Positions 41,008 through 51,417 of a stretch of 64,000 bases of DNA are shown here, one piece after another. The stretch's first letter is position 1; each line of letters opens with the position of its first letter. This DNA comes from Candidatus Izemoplasmatales bacterium (GTDB taxonomy: Bacteria; Bacillota_I; Bacilli_A; Izemoplasmatales; Hujiaoplasmataceae): assembly GCA_050949045.1 (NCBI GenBank), contig JBMNEZ010000001.1, forward strand, positions 32,001 through 96,000. Reading direction: 5' to 3'. The translations under genes were made by a program, and so were the position numbers. The notes beneath the pieces were generated by a model that saw only the letters and a list, made by a program, of their open reading frames with translations, made no database searches and was not told where the DNA came from.

Positions 41008-42882
41008 ATGAATAGGGGAAAAAATCTGTTTATCGGTGAACGAATGAAAAGCATCAGGGTCCTACAATTCATGTTTGTGGATGCCGTTGGAATAGCGCTA
41101 ACTTACTTGCTTGCCATCCTTGTTCTCAAATTTTCTGGGGTCCCAGGATTTGAATACAAGACAGCTTTGATGATTCTCCCTATTGTAATTGTCTTCAAAA
41201 TCGTCGCGTTCTACTTTATGAATTTGTATAAAATTGTACTTGACAATGTCGGCTTGGATGAGGTCATTCAGGTATTTCTTGCCGTTTTTGCGACAAACGC
41301 CGTTATTGTTATCGTCTTTTTGATCATTCCTGATCTGCAGTTCATTCCAGAAATACATATGATTTACACGACTGTTTTTGAAGCGCTAATCTTGTCTGTA
41401 CCAAGGCTTATTAAGCGTTTCCTAAACGTTCTTTTTTTGAAAAAATACAAAATTGGTGGCAAGCGTACATTGCTTGTCGGTGCCGGCGCCGGTGGAAAAC
41501 TGGTATTGAATGAAATCAGAAACAACCCGCAACTGCTTAATGTGCCGATCGCTTTTGTCGACGATGATCCGATGAAGATTGGCAAGTTGATGTCAGGATA
41601 CAAGATCTACGGTCCAATCGAGGAAATACCGAAACTTATCGATTCTCTCACAATTGAAGAAGTAATCATCTCTATTGCCAACATTGATTCCGCACGTTTC
41701 CAAGAGATTATCAAAATCATTGCCCAGAAGCCTGTCAAGATCAAAAGGCTACCGAAGTTTAAAGACTTAAAAAAAGAAGCTCCAAAAACGCTCTTAGAAG
41801 TCAATGTCGAAGATCTGCTTTCCCGAAATGTCGTTGAACTTGATGACGAGGGTATTAGAAAATTTATTGCTGGAAAACGGATCATGATAACCGGTGCGGG
41901 CGGCTCAATCGGGTCTGAACTTGTCCGGCAGATAGTTGAATTTGAACCGGCGGAACTGATTCTGCTAGACATCTACGAAAACAGCATCTATGATCTGCAG
42001 CAGGAACTGAAGTATAATATGACGCTCCCGGAAATGAAGAAAGTCCCCTTTCATGTGATCATCGGTTCTGTTTACAATATTGAGAGGATGGAAACGATTT
42101 TCAATGAGTATGAACCCGAGTTGATTTTTCACGCCGCCGCCTATAAACATGTGCCTTTGATGGAGGAATCCGCTGTCGAGGCTGTCAGGACAAATATCAT
42201 CGGAACTTATAACATTTGTAAACTGGCTGACAAATGTCAAGTTTCCAAAATGATTCTCGTTTCCAGCGACAAGGCTGTACGACCGACCAACATTATGGGC
42301 GCTACAAAACGATTTGCCGAGATGATCATGCAGCACTTCGCTTCGATATCAAACACAAAATATTGTGCTGTTAGGTTTGGAAATGTTCTCGACAGCAACG
42401 GATCGGTCGTCCCGCTTTTCAAGAAACAGATCGAACACGGTGGCCCCTTGACGGTTACCGATAGGAACATCATCCGCTATTTCATGACGATTCCCGAAGC
42501 TGTCGGCCTGATTCTCCAAGCAGCGACTTTCGCAGATGGCGGAGAGATCTTCATTCTCGACATGGGCGAACCAGTCAGAATAATTGATCTTGCGGAAAAG
42601 ATGATCATGCTGGCAGGATACAGACCGTATATTGATATTGATATTGAAATTATCGGGCTGAGACCAGGAGAAAAGTTGTTTGAGGAATTATTGCTCGACA
42701 CCGAAGGCGAAAACATCAAAACCGCAAATAAAAAGATTTTCATCGATTCCCTGAAAGGCGATAAGGAACTGGAAGCCGAGATCAAACAGATCTCTGAGAC
42801 ATTCGAGAAACTTGAAAATCAGGAAATCAAGGAGCTTATCCAACGATTCGTTCCCACATATCAACCTAAAAATAGGCGTTGA
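41008..42882 (+). CDS. Nucleoside-diphosphate sugar epimerase/dehydratase (CapD/PglF type)
   Basis: N-terminal TMs, GAGAGG, TGAGGSIGSEL, HAAAYKHVP, SSDKAV, RFGNVL, GLRPGEKL. Confidence 0.94.
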   Translation: MNRGKNLFIGERMKSIRVLQFMFVDAVGIALTYLLAILVLKFSGVPGFEYKTALMILPIVIVFKIVAFYFMNLYKIVLDNVGLDEVIQVFLAVFATNAVIVIVFLIIPDLQFIPEIHMIYTTVFEALILSVPRLIKRFLNVLFLKKYKIGGKRTLLVGAGAGGKLVLNEIRNNPQLLNVPIAFVDDDPMKIGKLMSGYKIYGPIEEIPKLIDSLTIEEVIISIANIDSARFQEIIKIIAQKPVKIKRLPKFKDLKKEAPKTLLEVNVEDLLSRNVVELDDEGIRKFIAGKRIMITGAGGSIGSELVRQIVEFEPAELILLDIYENSIYDLQQELKYNMTLPEMKKVPFHVIIGSVYNIERMETIFNEYEPELIFHAAAYKHVPLMEESAVEAVRTNIIGTYNICKLADKCQVSKMILVSSDKAVRPTNIMGATKRFAEMIMQHFASISNTKYCAVRFGNVLDSNGSVVPLFKKQIEHGGPLTVTDRNIIRYFMTIPEAVGLILQAATFADGGEIFILDMGEPVRIIDLAEKMIMLAGYRPYIDIDIEIIGLRPGEKLFEELLLDTEGENIKTANKKIFIDSLKGDKELEAEIKQISETFEKLENQEIKELIQRFVPTYQPKNRR

Positions 42883-42899
42883 GACACGCCTTTTTTATT
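42868..42899 (+). terminator. Intrinsic terminator
   Basis: AGGCGT-loop-ACGCCT followed by a T-run. Confidence 0.65.
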
Positions 42900-43043
42900 A
42901 AATCATTAAGAATACCGAAGGAAGGTTGCCGGTATCTTTTATTGGAGACTTTATCTGCATCTGGGTCTATGATACAATAATAATAGATCCATCTTGATTA
43001 GTATTTTTGAGTGTTGTTCAATCCGGATCTTGGGAGTGATAGA

Positions 43044-44405
43044 ATGTTTGCTTTGACAGTCGGTAGCAAGATCAGACTGGAAATCAGGAAACAGGGTATC
43101 AACGGCGAAGGGATCGGTTATTTCAACAAACTCGCAATCTTTGTCCCCGGGACAATTTTGAAAGAGGTTGTTCTCTGCGAGATTGTGGAACTGAAGGAAA
43201 GATACGCTATAGCCAGGATCGATGAGATTGAACGGATTTCCACCAAAAGAATAGAACCGCCGTGCAAGTTCTATGACCGGTGTGGCGGGTGTCAGATGCA
43301 GCATATCAAATATGAAGAACAACTGAAAATCAAGCAGAGTGTTCTCCGCCAGGCGCTTGCACGCTACACCGATCTCAATCTGAATGAAACAGAAATTCGC
43401 AGAACTATCGGTATGAAAGACTCTTACCATTACCGGAATAAGTCCCAAATGCCGTTCAAACAAACCAACTTCGGTCTTGCGCTAGGGTTTTTTCGCCCAA
43501 ATACCAACCATTTTGTTTATGTGGATGACTGTATCGTCCAAGACGAAATGGTCAACCGCATCAATAGTGAAACGCTCTCGATTCTTCGCAAACACCAGCT
43601 CAGTGCTGTCGATGGCGATCCCGAGAACGGGATTCTCTACAATCTAGTCGTCAGGCATTTCGCCTCCACCAAAAGCGCGAGCGTCACCTTTATCATTAAA
43701 AGGTACGATCCCAAACTGGAACTTGTGGCGAAAGACCTTATGAAGCGCAACAGCGTTATCAAATCGGTGACATATTCAGTCAATAAAAAAAGAAACCCCA
43801 TGGTTTTTGGTTCCTCAGTCGAATTAATTGCGGGCGACACCCATATTATTGATAAGTTTGGAGACTATGAGGTGAGGCTTTCACCCGATGTTTTTCATCA
43901 GTTGAATTCATCGCTAATGCAGATACTTTATGACGAGATTATCAAGGCGGCCGATCTCCAAGGCGGAGAAACCGTGATCGACTGCTACTCAGGAATCGGG
44001 CTTACTTCCATGCTCTTTGCCGCTAAGGCGAAGGAGGTCATCGGTATTGATTACGCAAAATCATCGATCGCTGATGCGACCGCAAATATTGAGGCCAATC
44101 AAATCGAAAACGTCAGATTCATTGCCAAGCATGTTGAAAGCGTGTTGCCCGAACTGCTTTCCGGAGGAGAGAAAATTGATTTAATTTTACTTGATCCCCC
44201 GAGAATGGGCCTTGACGACAGAGTTATCAATGCATTGTTGAAAAACAAAGCGAAAAAAGTAATCTATGTTTCTTGTAATCCCTCGACTCTTGCCAAAAAT
44301 CTTAAGCATCTTCTCAAAGGCTATACAATCGAGTATATTCAACCGCTCGATATGTTTCCCCATACGGCAAGTGTCGAGAGCATCACTTTGTTGAAAGCTA
44401 GATAA
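43044..44405 (+). CDS. rlmD: 23S rRNA m5U methyltransferase RlmD/RlmCD (copy 2)
   Basis: TRAM domain, CGGCQ, FHQLN, DPPR, YVSCNP, DMFPHT..VE; ATG 43044 with RBS GGGAG. Confidence 0.92.
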   Translation: MFALTVGSKIRLEIRKQGINGEGIGYFNKLAIFVPGTILKEVVLCEIVELKERYAIARIDEIERISTKRIEPPCKFYDRCGGCQMQHIKYEEQLKIKQSVLRQALARYTDLNLNETEIRRTIGMKDSYHYRNKSQMPFKQTNFGLALGFFRPNTNHFVYVDDCIVQDEMVNRINSETLSILRKHQLSAVDGDPENGILYNLVVRHFASTKSASVTFIIKRYDPKLELVAKDLMKRNSVIKSVTYSVNKKRNPMVFGSSVELIAGDTHIIDKFGDYEVRLSPDVFHQLNSSLMQILYDEIIKAADLQGGETVIDCYSGIGLTSMLFAAKAKEVIGIDYAKSSIADATANIEANQIENVRFIAKHVESVLPELLSGGEKIDLILLDPPRMGLDDRVINALLKNKAKKVIYVSCNPSTLAKNLKHLLKGYTIEYIQPLDMFPHTASVESITLLKAR

Positions 44406-44736
44406 AACTCGCTCCATTACACAGCAGTTTAATTTTGAAAACAAATTGCTCTTTTCGATACCACACATTTCTATGGTACAGATGCATTGATAGAACAAAT
44501 GTGGTATAATAAAAAAGGCTGGAAAAGCGCGACATCATAACACTTGCGTTAATGACGTGATTCAGAATATAATAAGTTACTGTGGAAGAATCGGTTAACC
44601 ACGAATTTATAAAATGACTGATTAACTCCTTGAATATGAATTCTCTGATGGCAGTTGGGAACATAGTTGAACAGATTTAAAAAATGGTTTAAAACGACTA
44701 TATATTAAAAACAATTAAATATTATAGGAGAGGCCA

Positions 44737-46404
44737 ATGAAAACTGATCTCGAAATTGCTCAAGAGAACAAAATGGAACCGATTGAGACAATTGCCGCCA
44801 AACTTGGCATCAATAGCGAGCAGCTTGAACATTATGGAAGATACAAGGCAAAGATAATTATTGACGATGACTTTATCTTGAGCCATCCTGTAAAGGGAAA
44901 ACTGGTATTGGTGACAGCGATCACCCCAACCTCGGCAGGAGAAGGCAAATCGACAACGACGATTGGCCTTGGAGACGCTCTTAATCGTCTTGGTTATCAA
45001 ACTACCGTTTGTATTCGTGAGCCGTCTTTGGGACCGGTGATGGGGGTTAAAGGCGGAGCCGCGGGCGGTGGCTACTCCCAAGCGGTGCCTATGGAGGATA
45101 TCAATCTTCATTTCACCGGCGACATCCATGCCGTCACTACCGCCAACAATTTGATCAGTGCGGTGATCGACAATCACCTTTTCCAAGGAAACGATCTCAA
45201 GATTGACAAGGACAAGATCGTCTGGAAACGGGCGATGGATATGAATGACCGCGCGTTGAGAAAGATTGAAGTCGGCTTATCTAGCAAAAAGGAAACGCCC
45301 CGACCGGATGGATTTGATATTTCCGTTGCTTCCGAAGTGATGGCTGTCCTTTGCCTATCCAAAAACATCAATGAATTGAAATCGAGAATAGCGAGGATGA
45401 TCGTCGCCTATGATCAGAACGATTTTCCAATTAGTGTCGGCGATCTCAAAGTTCAAGGGGCGGTCGCTACGCTGCTCAAAGACGCGATCAAACCCAATCT
45501 TGTCCAAACGCTTGAGCATAATCCGGCATTGATTCACGGTGGCCCCTTTGCGAATATCGCCCATGGATGCAATTCGGTGATTGCGACCGACTTTGCTCTC
45601 AGAACGAGTGACTACGTCATCACCGAAGCGGGATTCGGCGCTGACCTTGGTATGGAAAAATTTATTGACATCAAAACCAGAGTCTTGCAAAAGATGCCTT
45701 CTGCGATTGTTCTTGTCGCCAGCATCAGGGCTTTGAAAGCACATGGAGGCGTTTTGAAAGAGAATCTGGGGAACGAAAATCTTGAAGCCCTCAAACATGG
45801 GTTGGGCAATTTGGAAAAACATATCGAAAATATCGGTTATTTTGACATCCCCTTTGTGGTCGCTCTCAATCGTTTTCCTTCGGACACCGATGCCGAAATC
45901 AACTGCCTGCTTGACTGGGCAAAAGCCAATCGGCATGAGATTGCGTTATCAGAGGTATTTCAGAAGGGTTCGGCTGGCGGTTTGGACCTTGGAAAAGCTG
46001 TGCTTCGGCTCATAAATCAGAAAACAAAGAAACCGGGCAAAACATTATATCCTTTGGAAATGACAATAAAAGAGAAGATCGAATTGATCGCATCAAAATT
46101 ATACGGGGCCAAAGAAGTAGTTTATTCGGATAAAGCGCGTGATCAGATCGTTAAAGCTACCGCAACCGGATGGGGAGCGCTCCCTATCTGTATGGCAAAG
46201 ACGCCTTTATCCTTGTCGGATAATCCGAAACTGCTTGGTCGACCGCGCGATTTCACAATCACGATCAGGGAGATCAAACCATCGCTTGGTGCCGGGTTCA
46301 TCGTTGCGCTGACGGGAGACGTCATGACGATGCCGGGTCTTCCAAAAAAAGGAGCTTTTGAAAATGTGGACGTAATCAATAACAAGATCATCGGCCTATT
46401 TTAG
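44737..46404 (+). CDS. fhs: Formate--tetrahydrofolate ligase
   Basis: TPTSAGEGKST, GVKGGAAGGGY, HGGPFANIAHG, TEAGFGADLG, MTMPGLP. Confidence 0.97.
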   Translation: MKTDLEIAQENKMEPIETIAAKLGINSEQLEHYGRYKAKIIIDDDFILSHPVKGKLVLVTAITPTSAGEGKSTTTIGLGDALNRLGYQTTVCIREPSLGPVMGVKGGAAGGGYSQAVPMEDINLHFTGDIHAVTTANNLISAVIDNHLFQGNDLKIDKDKIVWKRAMDMNDRALRKIEVGLSSKKETPRPDGFDISVASEVMAVLCLSKNINELKSRIARMIVAYDQNDFPISVGDLKVQGAVATLLKDAIKPNLVQTLEHNPALIHGGPFANIAHGCNSVIATDFALRTSDYVITEAGFGADLGMEKFIDIKTRVLQKMPSAIVLVASIRALKAHGGVLKENLGNENLEALKHGLGNLEKHIENIGYFDIPFVVALNRFPSDTDAEINCLLDWAKANRHEIALSEVFQKGSAGGLDLGKAVLRLINQKTKKPGKTLYPLEMTIKEKIELIASKLYGAKEVVYSDKARDQIVKATATGWGALPICMAKTPLSLSDNPKLLGRPRDFTITIREIKPSLGAGFIVALTGDVMTMPGLPKKGAFENVDVINNKIIGLF

Positions 46405-46413
46405 GAGGATAAT

Positions 46414-46842
46414 ATGAAACAAAAAACAAAAACATTGACTCAGAAACTTCGCGATCTCGGGATCAAAATCATGGAAAAAACAAAAGCAGGCTTTAGTAAA
46501 GTGAAAGCCGGGATCGAGAATACCCTGCTTGAGGATAATCTACGAAAAAGATTCAACCTGGTGAATCCCTACAAGTTCCAAATCATCAAAGACAAAGAAG
46601 TTCGAAACACGATCATCGATGAATTATTTTACCGGCATGCCAAGCGTTATGATGAAGACGATCTCTTTGTCTTCTATGGATCCATTGAGCAGAATGACCT
46701 GCAAAAAGGCTATTATGTGAGAGATCTAAGCGCCAATGCTGATTATGAGATCAAAGAGATCATGGAGGTCCAGATTCCAATCGAGTACCAGGGCAAGAAT
46801 TATGATGTGACTTGCACCGCTACTGTTTGTGAATTGGTATGA
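46414..46842 (+). CDS. Hypothetical protein
   Basis: RBS AGGAGG, operonic spacing, host-like codon use. Confidence 0.75.
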   Translation: MKQKTKTLTQKLRDLGIKIMEKTKAGFSKVKAGIENTLLEDNLRKRFNLVNPYKFQIIKDKEVRNTIIDELFYRHAKRYDEDDLFVFYGSIEQNDLQKGYYVRDLSANADYEIKEIMEVQIPIEYQGKNYDVTCTATVCELV

Positions 46843-46846
46843 TGTC

Positions 46847-47434
46847 ATGACTCTTAAACAACAGTTTATCGATATTTATAATGAAAAGATCACCCGCCAG
46901 GGCGCCAATGAACTTTTGAAGTATCTGCTTTCGGATCAATCCGACTTTTTTGAAGCCCCGGCTTCGACAAGATATCACCTCGCTCGTCCCGGGGGGCTTT
47001 TGGAACATTCGCTCAACGTCTATCGCTGTCTCAAGGATTATCTTTCGCGAGACATCGTCAAAAACACCTTCCAGTTAAATCCCAGCGAAGAGACAATCGC
47101 GATCGTTGCCTTGCTTCACGATCTGTGCAAGATCAATGTCTACCAGAAATCTTTTCGGAATGTCAAGGATAGCCAGGGCAAGTGGTCTCAAGTCCTGGCT
47201 TTTGATTATCAGGATAAACTGCCTTATGGCCACGGTGAAAAATCGGTGTACATCATTTCCGGCTTCATGAAACTGACCCGTGAAGAGGCATTTGCAATCA
47301 GATATCATATGGGGTTTTCCAACACAGAAGATATAAACAACGTCGGTAAGGCGTTCCAAATGTTTCCGCTTGCTTTGGCTTTATCGACGGCAGATATGGA
47401 GGCAACCTATTTTCTTGAAGCTGACAGCGAATGA
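46847..47434 (+). CDS. HD-domain phosphohydrolase
   Basis: APASTRYH, GGLLEHS, LLHDLCK, GHGEKS, HMG. Confidence 0.88.
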   Translation: MTLKQQFIDIYNEKITRQGANELLKYLLSDQSDFFEAPASTRYHLARPGGLLEHSLNVYRCLKDYLSRDIVKNTFQLNPSEETIAIVALLHDLCKINVYQKSFRNVKDSQGKWSQVLAFDYQDKLPYGHGEKSVYIISGFMKLTREEAFAIRYHMGFSNTEDINNVGKAFQMFPLALALSTADMEATYFLEADSE

Positions 47435-47535
47435 TTTTCCAATCAAAATCAGAAACTTCTCCGCTGAAGTTTCTTTTTTTTGATATCGATAGCGGTGAAC
47501 TATATGATATAATAGCCAACGCTTGAGGTGATATT

Positions 47536-48942
47536 TTGGCCAAGATTTTTGATCTTACGGAAGGATCGATTTTCAAGAAACTGTTTCTGATCGCATTACC
47601 GGTCCTGCTTTCATCAATTTCTCAGATGGCTTACAATTTAACCGATATGTTTTGGGTCGGCCGCGTTGATGAAATCGGTCTTATTGAACATGAGGCGATT
47701 TCTGCAATCGGAACAGCTGGGTATATCGTCTGGTTTGCTTTTGGGGTAATCTTGATCGGAAGGATTGGCACTAGTGTCAAAGTCTCTCACGCCGCAGGCG
47801 CAAAAGATTATCAAGCACTTGAACGTTATGCCTTGAACGGGATACTTTGGCAATTGGGAATTGGGGTTATTATCTCGTTGTTAGTCTTCATCCTCAAAAA
47901 GCCGCTCATTGCCATTTTTGCGATTTCATCGATCGCTGTCGTCAATTATGCTACGGAATATCTCGCCGTTGTCGGCGGACTTTTAGTTTTTCAATTCGTC
48001 ACGAGCGGCTTCATGGCAATCAACGAAGGGATCGGAAAGACCAAGACCAACTTTCTGATTACGATTATCGGACTTTGCGCCAATATGATTTTGGACCCGA
48101 TCATGATTTTGGGTATGAAACTTGGAGTTCTGGGCGCGGCGATTGCGACTGTAATCGCCCAAATGCTCACAATGCTCGCTTTCTTGTTTGTTTTTCTCAA
48201 ATCAAAAGAAAAACTCTTTCATTTTCACATAAAGGAGCTCAAGCCTGTTGTCATCAAGGAAATTGTTAGGATCGGTTTTCCCGCAGGTATTCAGAGCATG
48301 ATTTTCACGATGATCTCGATCTACATCGCTAGGTTGGTGTTCGGCTTTGGCGAATACGTCATGGCTGCCCAGAGGATTGGCACTCAAGTTGAGCAACTCA
48401 CATGGATGATCGGCGGCGGCTTCCAAACTGCTCTCACAGTCTACATCGGTCAAAACTTTGGCGCCAAGCAATTCTCACGGGTACGGCGGGGCGTTGGCGC
48501 AATGTCAGGGCTTTTAATACCGTATTCAGGGATGATCGCCTTGATGCTTTTGTTTCTTGCGCAAGCATTTATGGGACTTTTTGTCGATGATCCAATCACC
48601 CAAGGATATGGTGTCCGATATCTCAAGATTATCAGTTTTGCCCAGGTTTTCATGATGATGGAAACGATTGGTGCCGGCTTTTTCAACGGTATCGGCAGAA
48701 CCGAGATTCCTTCTGCGGTTGGAATTTTTGGCAATCTGATCAGGATTCCGCTTGCATATCTGTTAATGTCAAGTCTTAATGAGGAAGGTATCTGGTGGTC
48801 ATTGAACTTGTCTGATGTTTTCAAAGGCGTTTTTCTATTTTTCGGGGCGCTTTTCTTAATGAGAAATCTAGAAAAATTGAAGCCAAAAAAGCATAAGCCA
48901 GCTGCACTCTTGTCGGAGGAACAAGGCGAGACGACAACATGA
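47536..48942 (+). CDS. MATE family efflux transporter
   Basis: DLTEGSI, YNLTD, NMILDP...GAAIAT, GQNFGA. Confidence 0.93.
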   Translation: MAKIFDLTEGSIFKKLFLIALPVLLSSISQMAYNLTDMFWVGRVDEIGLIEHEAISAIGTAGYIVWFAFGVILIGRIGTSVKVSHAAGAKDYQALERYALNGILWQLGIGVIISLLVFILKKPLIAIFAISSIAVVNYATEYLAVVGGLLVFQFVTSGFMAINEGIGKTKTNFLITIIGLCANMILDPIMILGMKLGVLGAAIATVIAQMLTMLAFLFVFLKSKEKLFHFHIKELKPVVIKEIVRIGFPAGIQSMIFTMISIYIARLVFGFGEYVMAAQRIGTQVEQLTWMIGGGFQTALTVYIGQNFGAKQFSRVRRGVGAMSGLLIPYSGMIALMLLFLAQAFMGLFVDDPITQGYGVRYLKIISFAQVFMMMETIGAGFFNGIGRTEIPSAVGIFGNLIRIPLAYLLMSSLNEEGIWWSLNLSDVFKGVFLFFGALFLMRNLEKLKPKKHKPAALLSEEQGETTT

Positions 48943-49030
48943 TTTATCTGACCACTATTGTGGTTTGCGATTTGATTCCCGCATTTTTATGATACAATGA
49001 AATCAACATCAGGAAAGGAAGAACGTTGAC

Positions 49031-49972
49031 ATGAGTTGGTATGGATATGTTCTGATTATGGTTTTGGTTTTGATATTGTTGTTTGTCGCCATTGTCGGCT
49101 ATATCGGTGCGTATCGGCTTTTCCATCCTGCTCATGGAGATCTCGAATATACTAGAAGAAGAGAACAGGAACGCAGTCCGGGACTGATGGATATTTATGA
49201 TAATTGGAATGTCAAAAAATATACGATCAAATCCAGGCATGGATATGATTTGGCAGTATATCAAGTCAAACCCGAGTTAGAAAGCAACCGTTTCGTTGTT
49301 CTTGCCCACGGGTATGGCTATACCCATCACGGTGTTGTCAAATACGCTAAGATGATGCTCGCACTCGGATTCAATGTCGTTATGTTTGATGAACGTTTCC
49401 ATGGGCAGTCCGGTGGTACTTTTTGTAGTATGGGCTACTATGAGAAGGATGATGTCTATGATCTCGTGTCCGCTATCATCGAACGTTACGGAAAGGACAT
49501 CATCATCGGAACTTATGGAGAATCAATGGGTGGGGCCGCAGTCATTCTCGAACAGGCAATCGACAAGCGGATTCATTTCGTCATTACCGACTGTACTTTT
49601 TTTGATTTGACAGAGTTGATGCTTTATCAAGTAAAAAAGGCGATTGGTTTGATGCCACAGCCGTTTGTTTTCTTTACTAACTTATTTTTTAAAATCAGGA
49701 CCGGTGTCTGGTTGAAGGATATTTCACCAATCAAAAACGTCGTTGAACCTAATTGCCCGATGCTGTTTGTCCACGGCGAAGAAGATGAGGTTATCCCGCC
49801 CGAACATTCAAAAAAGCTATACGAATCTTGTAAAGGCAAAAAAGCAATCTATATTGCTGGAAACCATGCTCGCCATACGGATTCCGCAAGATACAACGAG
49901 GATGAGTATTTGATCAAATTGAGATCTTTTTTCAAGGAGACAGTCTGTCTCTCGGACAGGAGCACCATATGA
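49031..49972 (+). CDS. Membrane-anchored alpha/beta hydrolase
   Basis: N-terminal TM, HGY, GESMGG nucleophile elbow, HG..D, His. Confidence 0.9.
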   Translation: MSWYGYVLIMVLVLILLFVAIVGYIGAYRLFHPAHGDLEYTRRREQERSPGLMDIYDNWNVKKYTIKSRHGYDLAVYQVKPELESNRFVVLAHGYGYTHHGVVKYAKMMLALGFNVVMFDERFHGQSGGTFCSMGYYEKDDVYDLVSAIIERYGKDIIIGTYGESMGGAAVILEQAIDKRIHFVITDCTFFDLTELMLYQVKKAIGLMPQPFVFFTNLFFKIRTGVWLKDISPIKNVVEPNCPMLFVHGEEDEVIPPEHSKKLYESCKGKKAIYIAGNHARHTDSARYNEDEYLIKLRSFFKETVCLSDRSTI

Positions 49973-51408
49973 CTTACGATGTGATCATCATCGGCGCCGG
50001 CGTAATTGGCACCAACATTGCCAGAGAACTGGCAAAATATCAACTTGATATCGCTGTGTTGGAGATGAATCTTGACGTCTGCGAAGGTACTTCCAAAGCA
50101 AACTCGGGGATCGTTCACAGCGGTTACGATGCCAAGTTTGGAAGCCTCAAAGCAAAATACAATGTCATCGGCAACAGATTGATGGAACCGCTGTGTAAAG
50201 AATTGGCTGTCACTTTCAAACATAACGGTTCTTTGGTGTTGGCTTTTTCTCCCTCTGAGAGTGAGACTCTTAGAGCACTTCTTGAACAAGGGCGGAAAAA
50301 CGGAGTTGTCGGACTCAAGATCCTTGAGCGCGAACAGGTACTGGAAATGGAACCGAATGTCAGCAACAATGTGTATCAGGCGCTCTATGCCCCATCTAGC
50401 GGAATAGTTGATCCGTTCGAATTGACCTTGGCAGCTGCGGAGGTCGCAGCCTTAAACGGGGTCAATTTCCATTTTGGTACCAAAGTCGAGAATATTGAAA
50501 AAAAGGACTGTCAATTCCAAATCACGACTAACCGTGGGCAGTTTTACTCCCGTATTGTCATTAATGCGGCAGGTGTTTACGCTGACGACATCAATAACTT
50601 GCTCAGCGAATATCGCTATTCGATACGGCCCCGGAAAGGCGAATATTGCCTTTTTGACAAACAGGTCGGCAATTATGTGAAGTCGACTCTCTTTCAACTT
50701 CCGACGGAAAAAGGCAAGGGCGTGCTCGTCACCCCAACCGCCGAAGGTAATCTATTGATTGGGCCAAACTCCGAAGATATCGATGACAAGAATGATACTT
50801 CAACTTCGGCAGAAGGTATTAAGGACATTATCGCGAAGGCGAAAATCAGCGTGGCAAACATCCCGCTTCCCTACCTCATCACCGGTTTCGCTGGACTCAG
50901 AGCTAGTGAAAAAAATGGGGATTTTGTTATCGGTGAAGCAAAAGATGTTCCCGGGTTCTTCAATGCTTTGGGCATCGAATCTCCGGGTTTGACTGCGGCG
51001 CCGGCGATCGCGATCGAAATCGCCGAGCAGGTTAGTAGAAGTTTAAAGGCGAAATTTCGTGAAGGTTATGTCTCTAGTCGAGACAAAGCCGTCCATTTCG
51101 AATCACTCTCCATTGAGGGCAAGAAAGAATTATTTCAAAAGGACAAAAACTATGGCAAGGTCATCTGTCGCTGCGAACTTGTCACGCTTGCGGAGATTCT
51201 CGATTCGATCAGAAGACCATTGGGAGCGAGAACCGTTGATGGAGTCAAGCGGCGGACCAGAGCCGGAAGCGGCCGCTGCCAAGGCGGGTTTTGTTCGCCG
51301 AGAATCGTTGAAATTCTGGCAAAAGAACTTGGAAAGGATTTGCGGGAAATAGTCAAATCCAGCGAAAAATCAACATATTTGATCGGTCTTGACAAGGAGT
51401 TGCTTTAA
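49969..51408 (+). CDS. FAD-dependent oxidoreductase with BFD-like [2Fe-2S] tail (GlpA/LhgO-like)
   Basis: GAGVIG, TSKANSGIVH, CRCE...RCQGGFC. Confidence 0.88.
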   Translation: MTYDVIIIGAGVIGTNIARELAKYQLDIAVLEMNLDVCEGTSKANSGIVHSGYDAKFGSLKAKYNVIGNRLMEPLCKELAVTFKHNGSLVLAFSPSESETLRALLEQGRKNGVVGLKILEREQVLEMEPNVSNNVYQALYAPSSGIVDPFELTLAAAEVAALNGVNFHFGTKVENIEKKDCQFQITTNRGQFYSRIVINAAGVYADDINNLLSEYRYSIRPRKGEYCLFDKQVGNYVKSTLFQLPTEKGKGVLVTPTAEGNLLIGPNSEDIDDKNDTSTSAEGIKDIIAKAKISVANIPLPYLITGFAGLRASEKNGDFVIGEAKDVPGFFNALGIESPGLTAAPAIAIEIAEQVSRSLKAKFREGYVSSRDKAVHFESLSIEGKKELFQKDKNYGKVICRCELVTLAEILDSIRRPLGARTVDGVKRRTRAGSGRCQGGFCSPRIVEILAKELGKDLREIVKSSEKSTYLIGLDKELL

Positions 51409-51417
51409 GGAGGGCTC

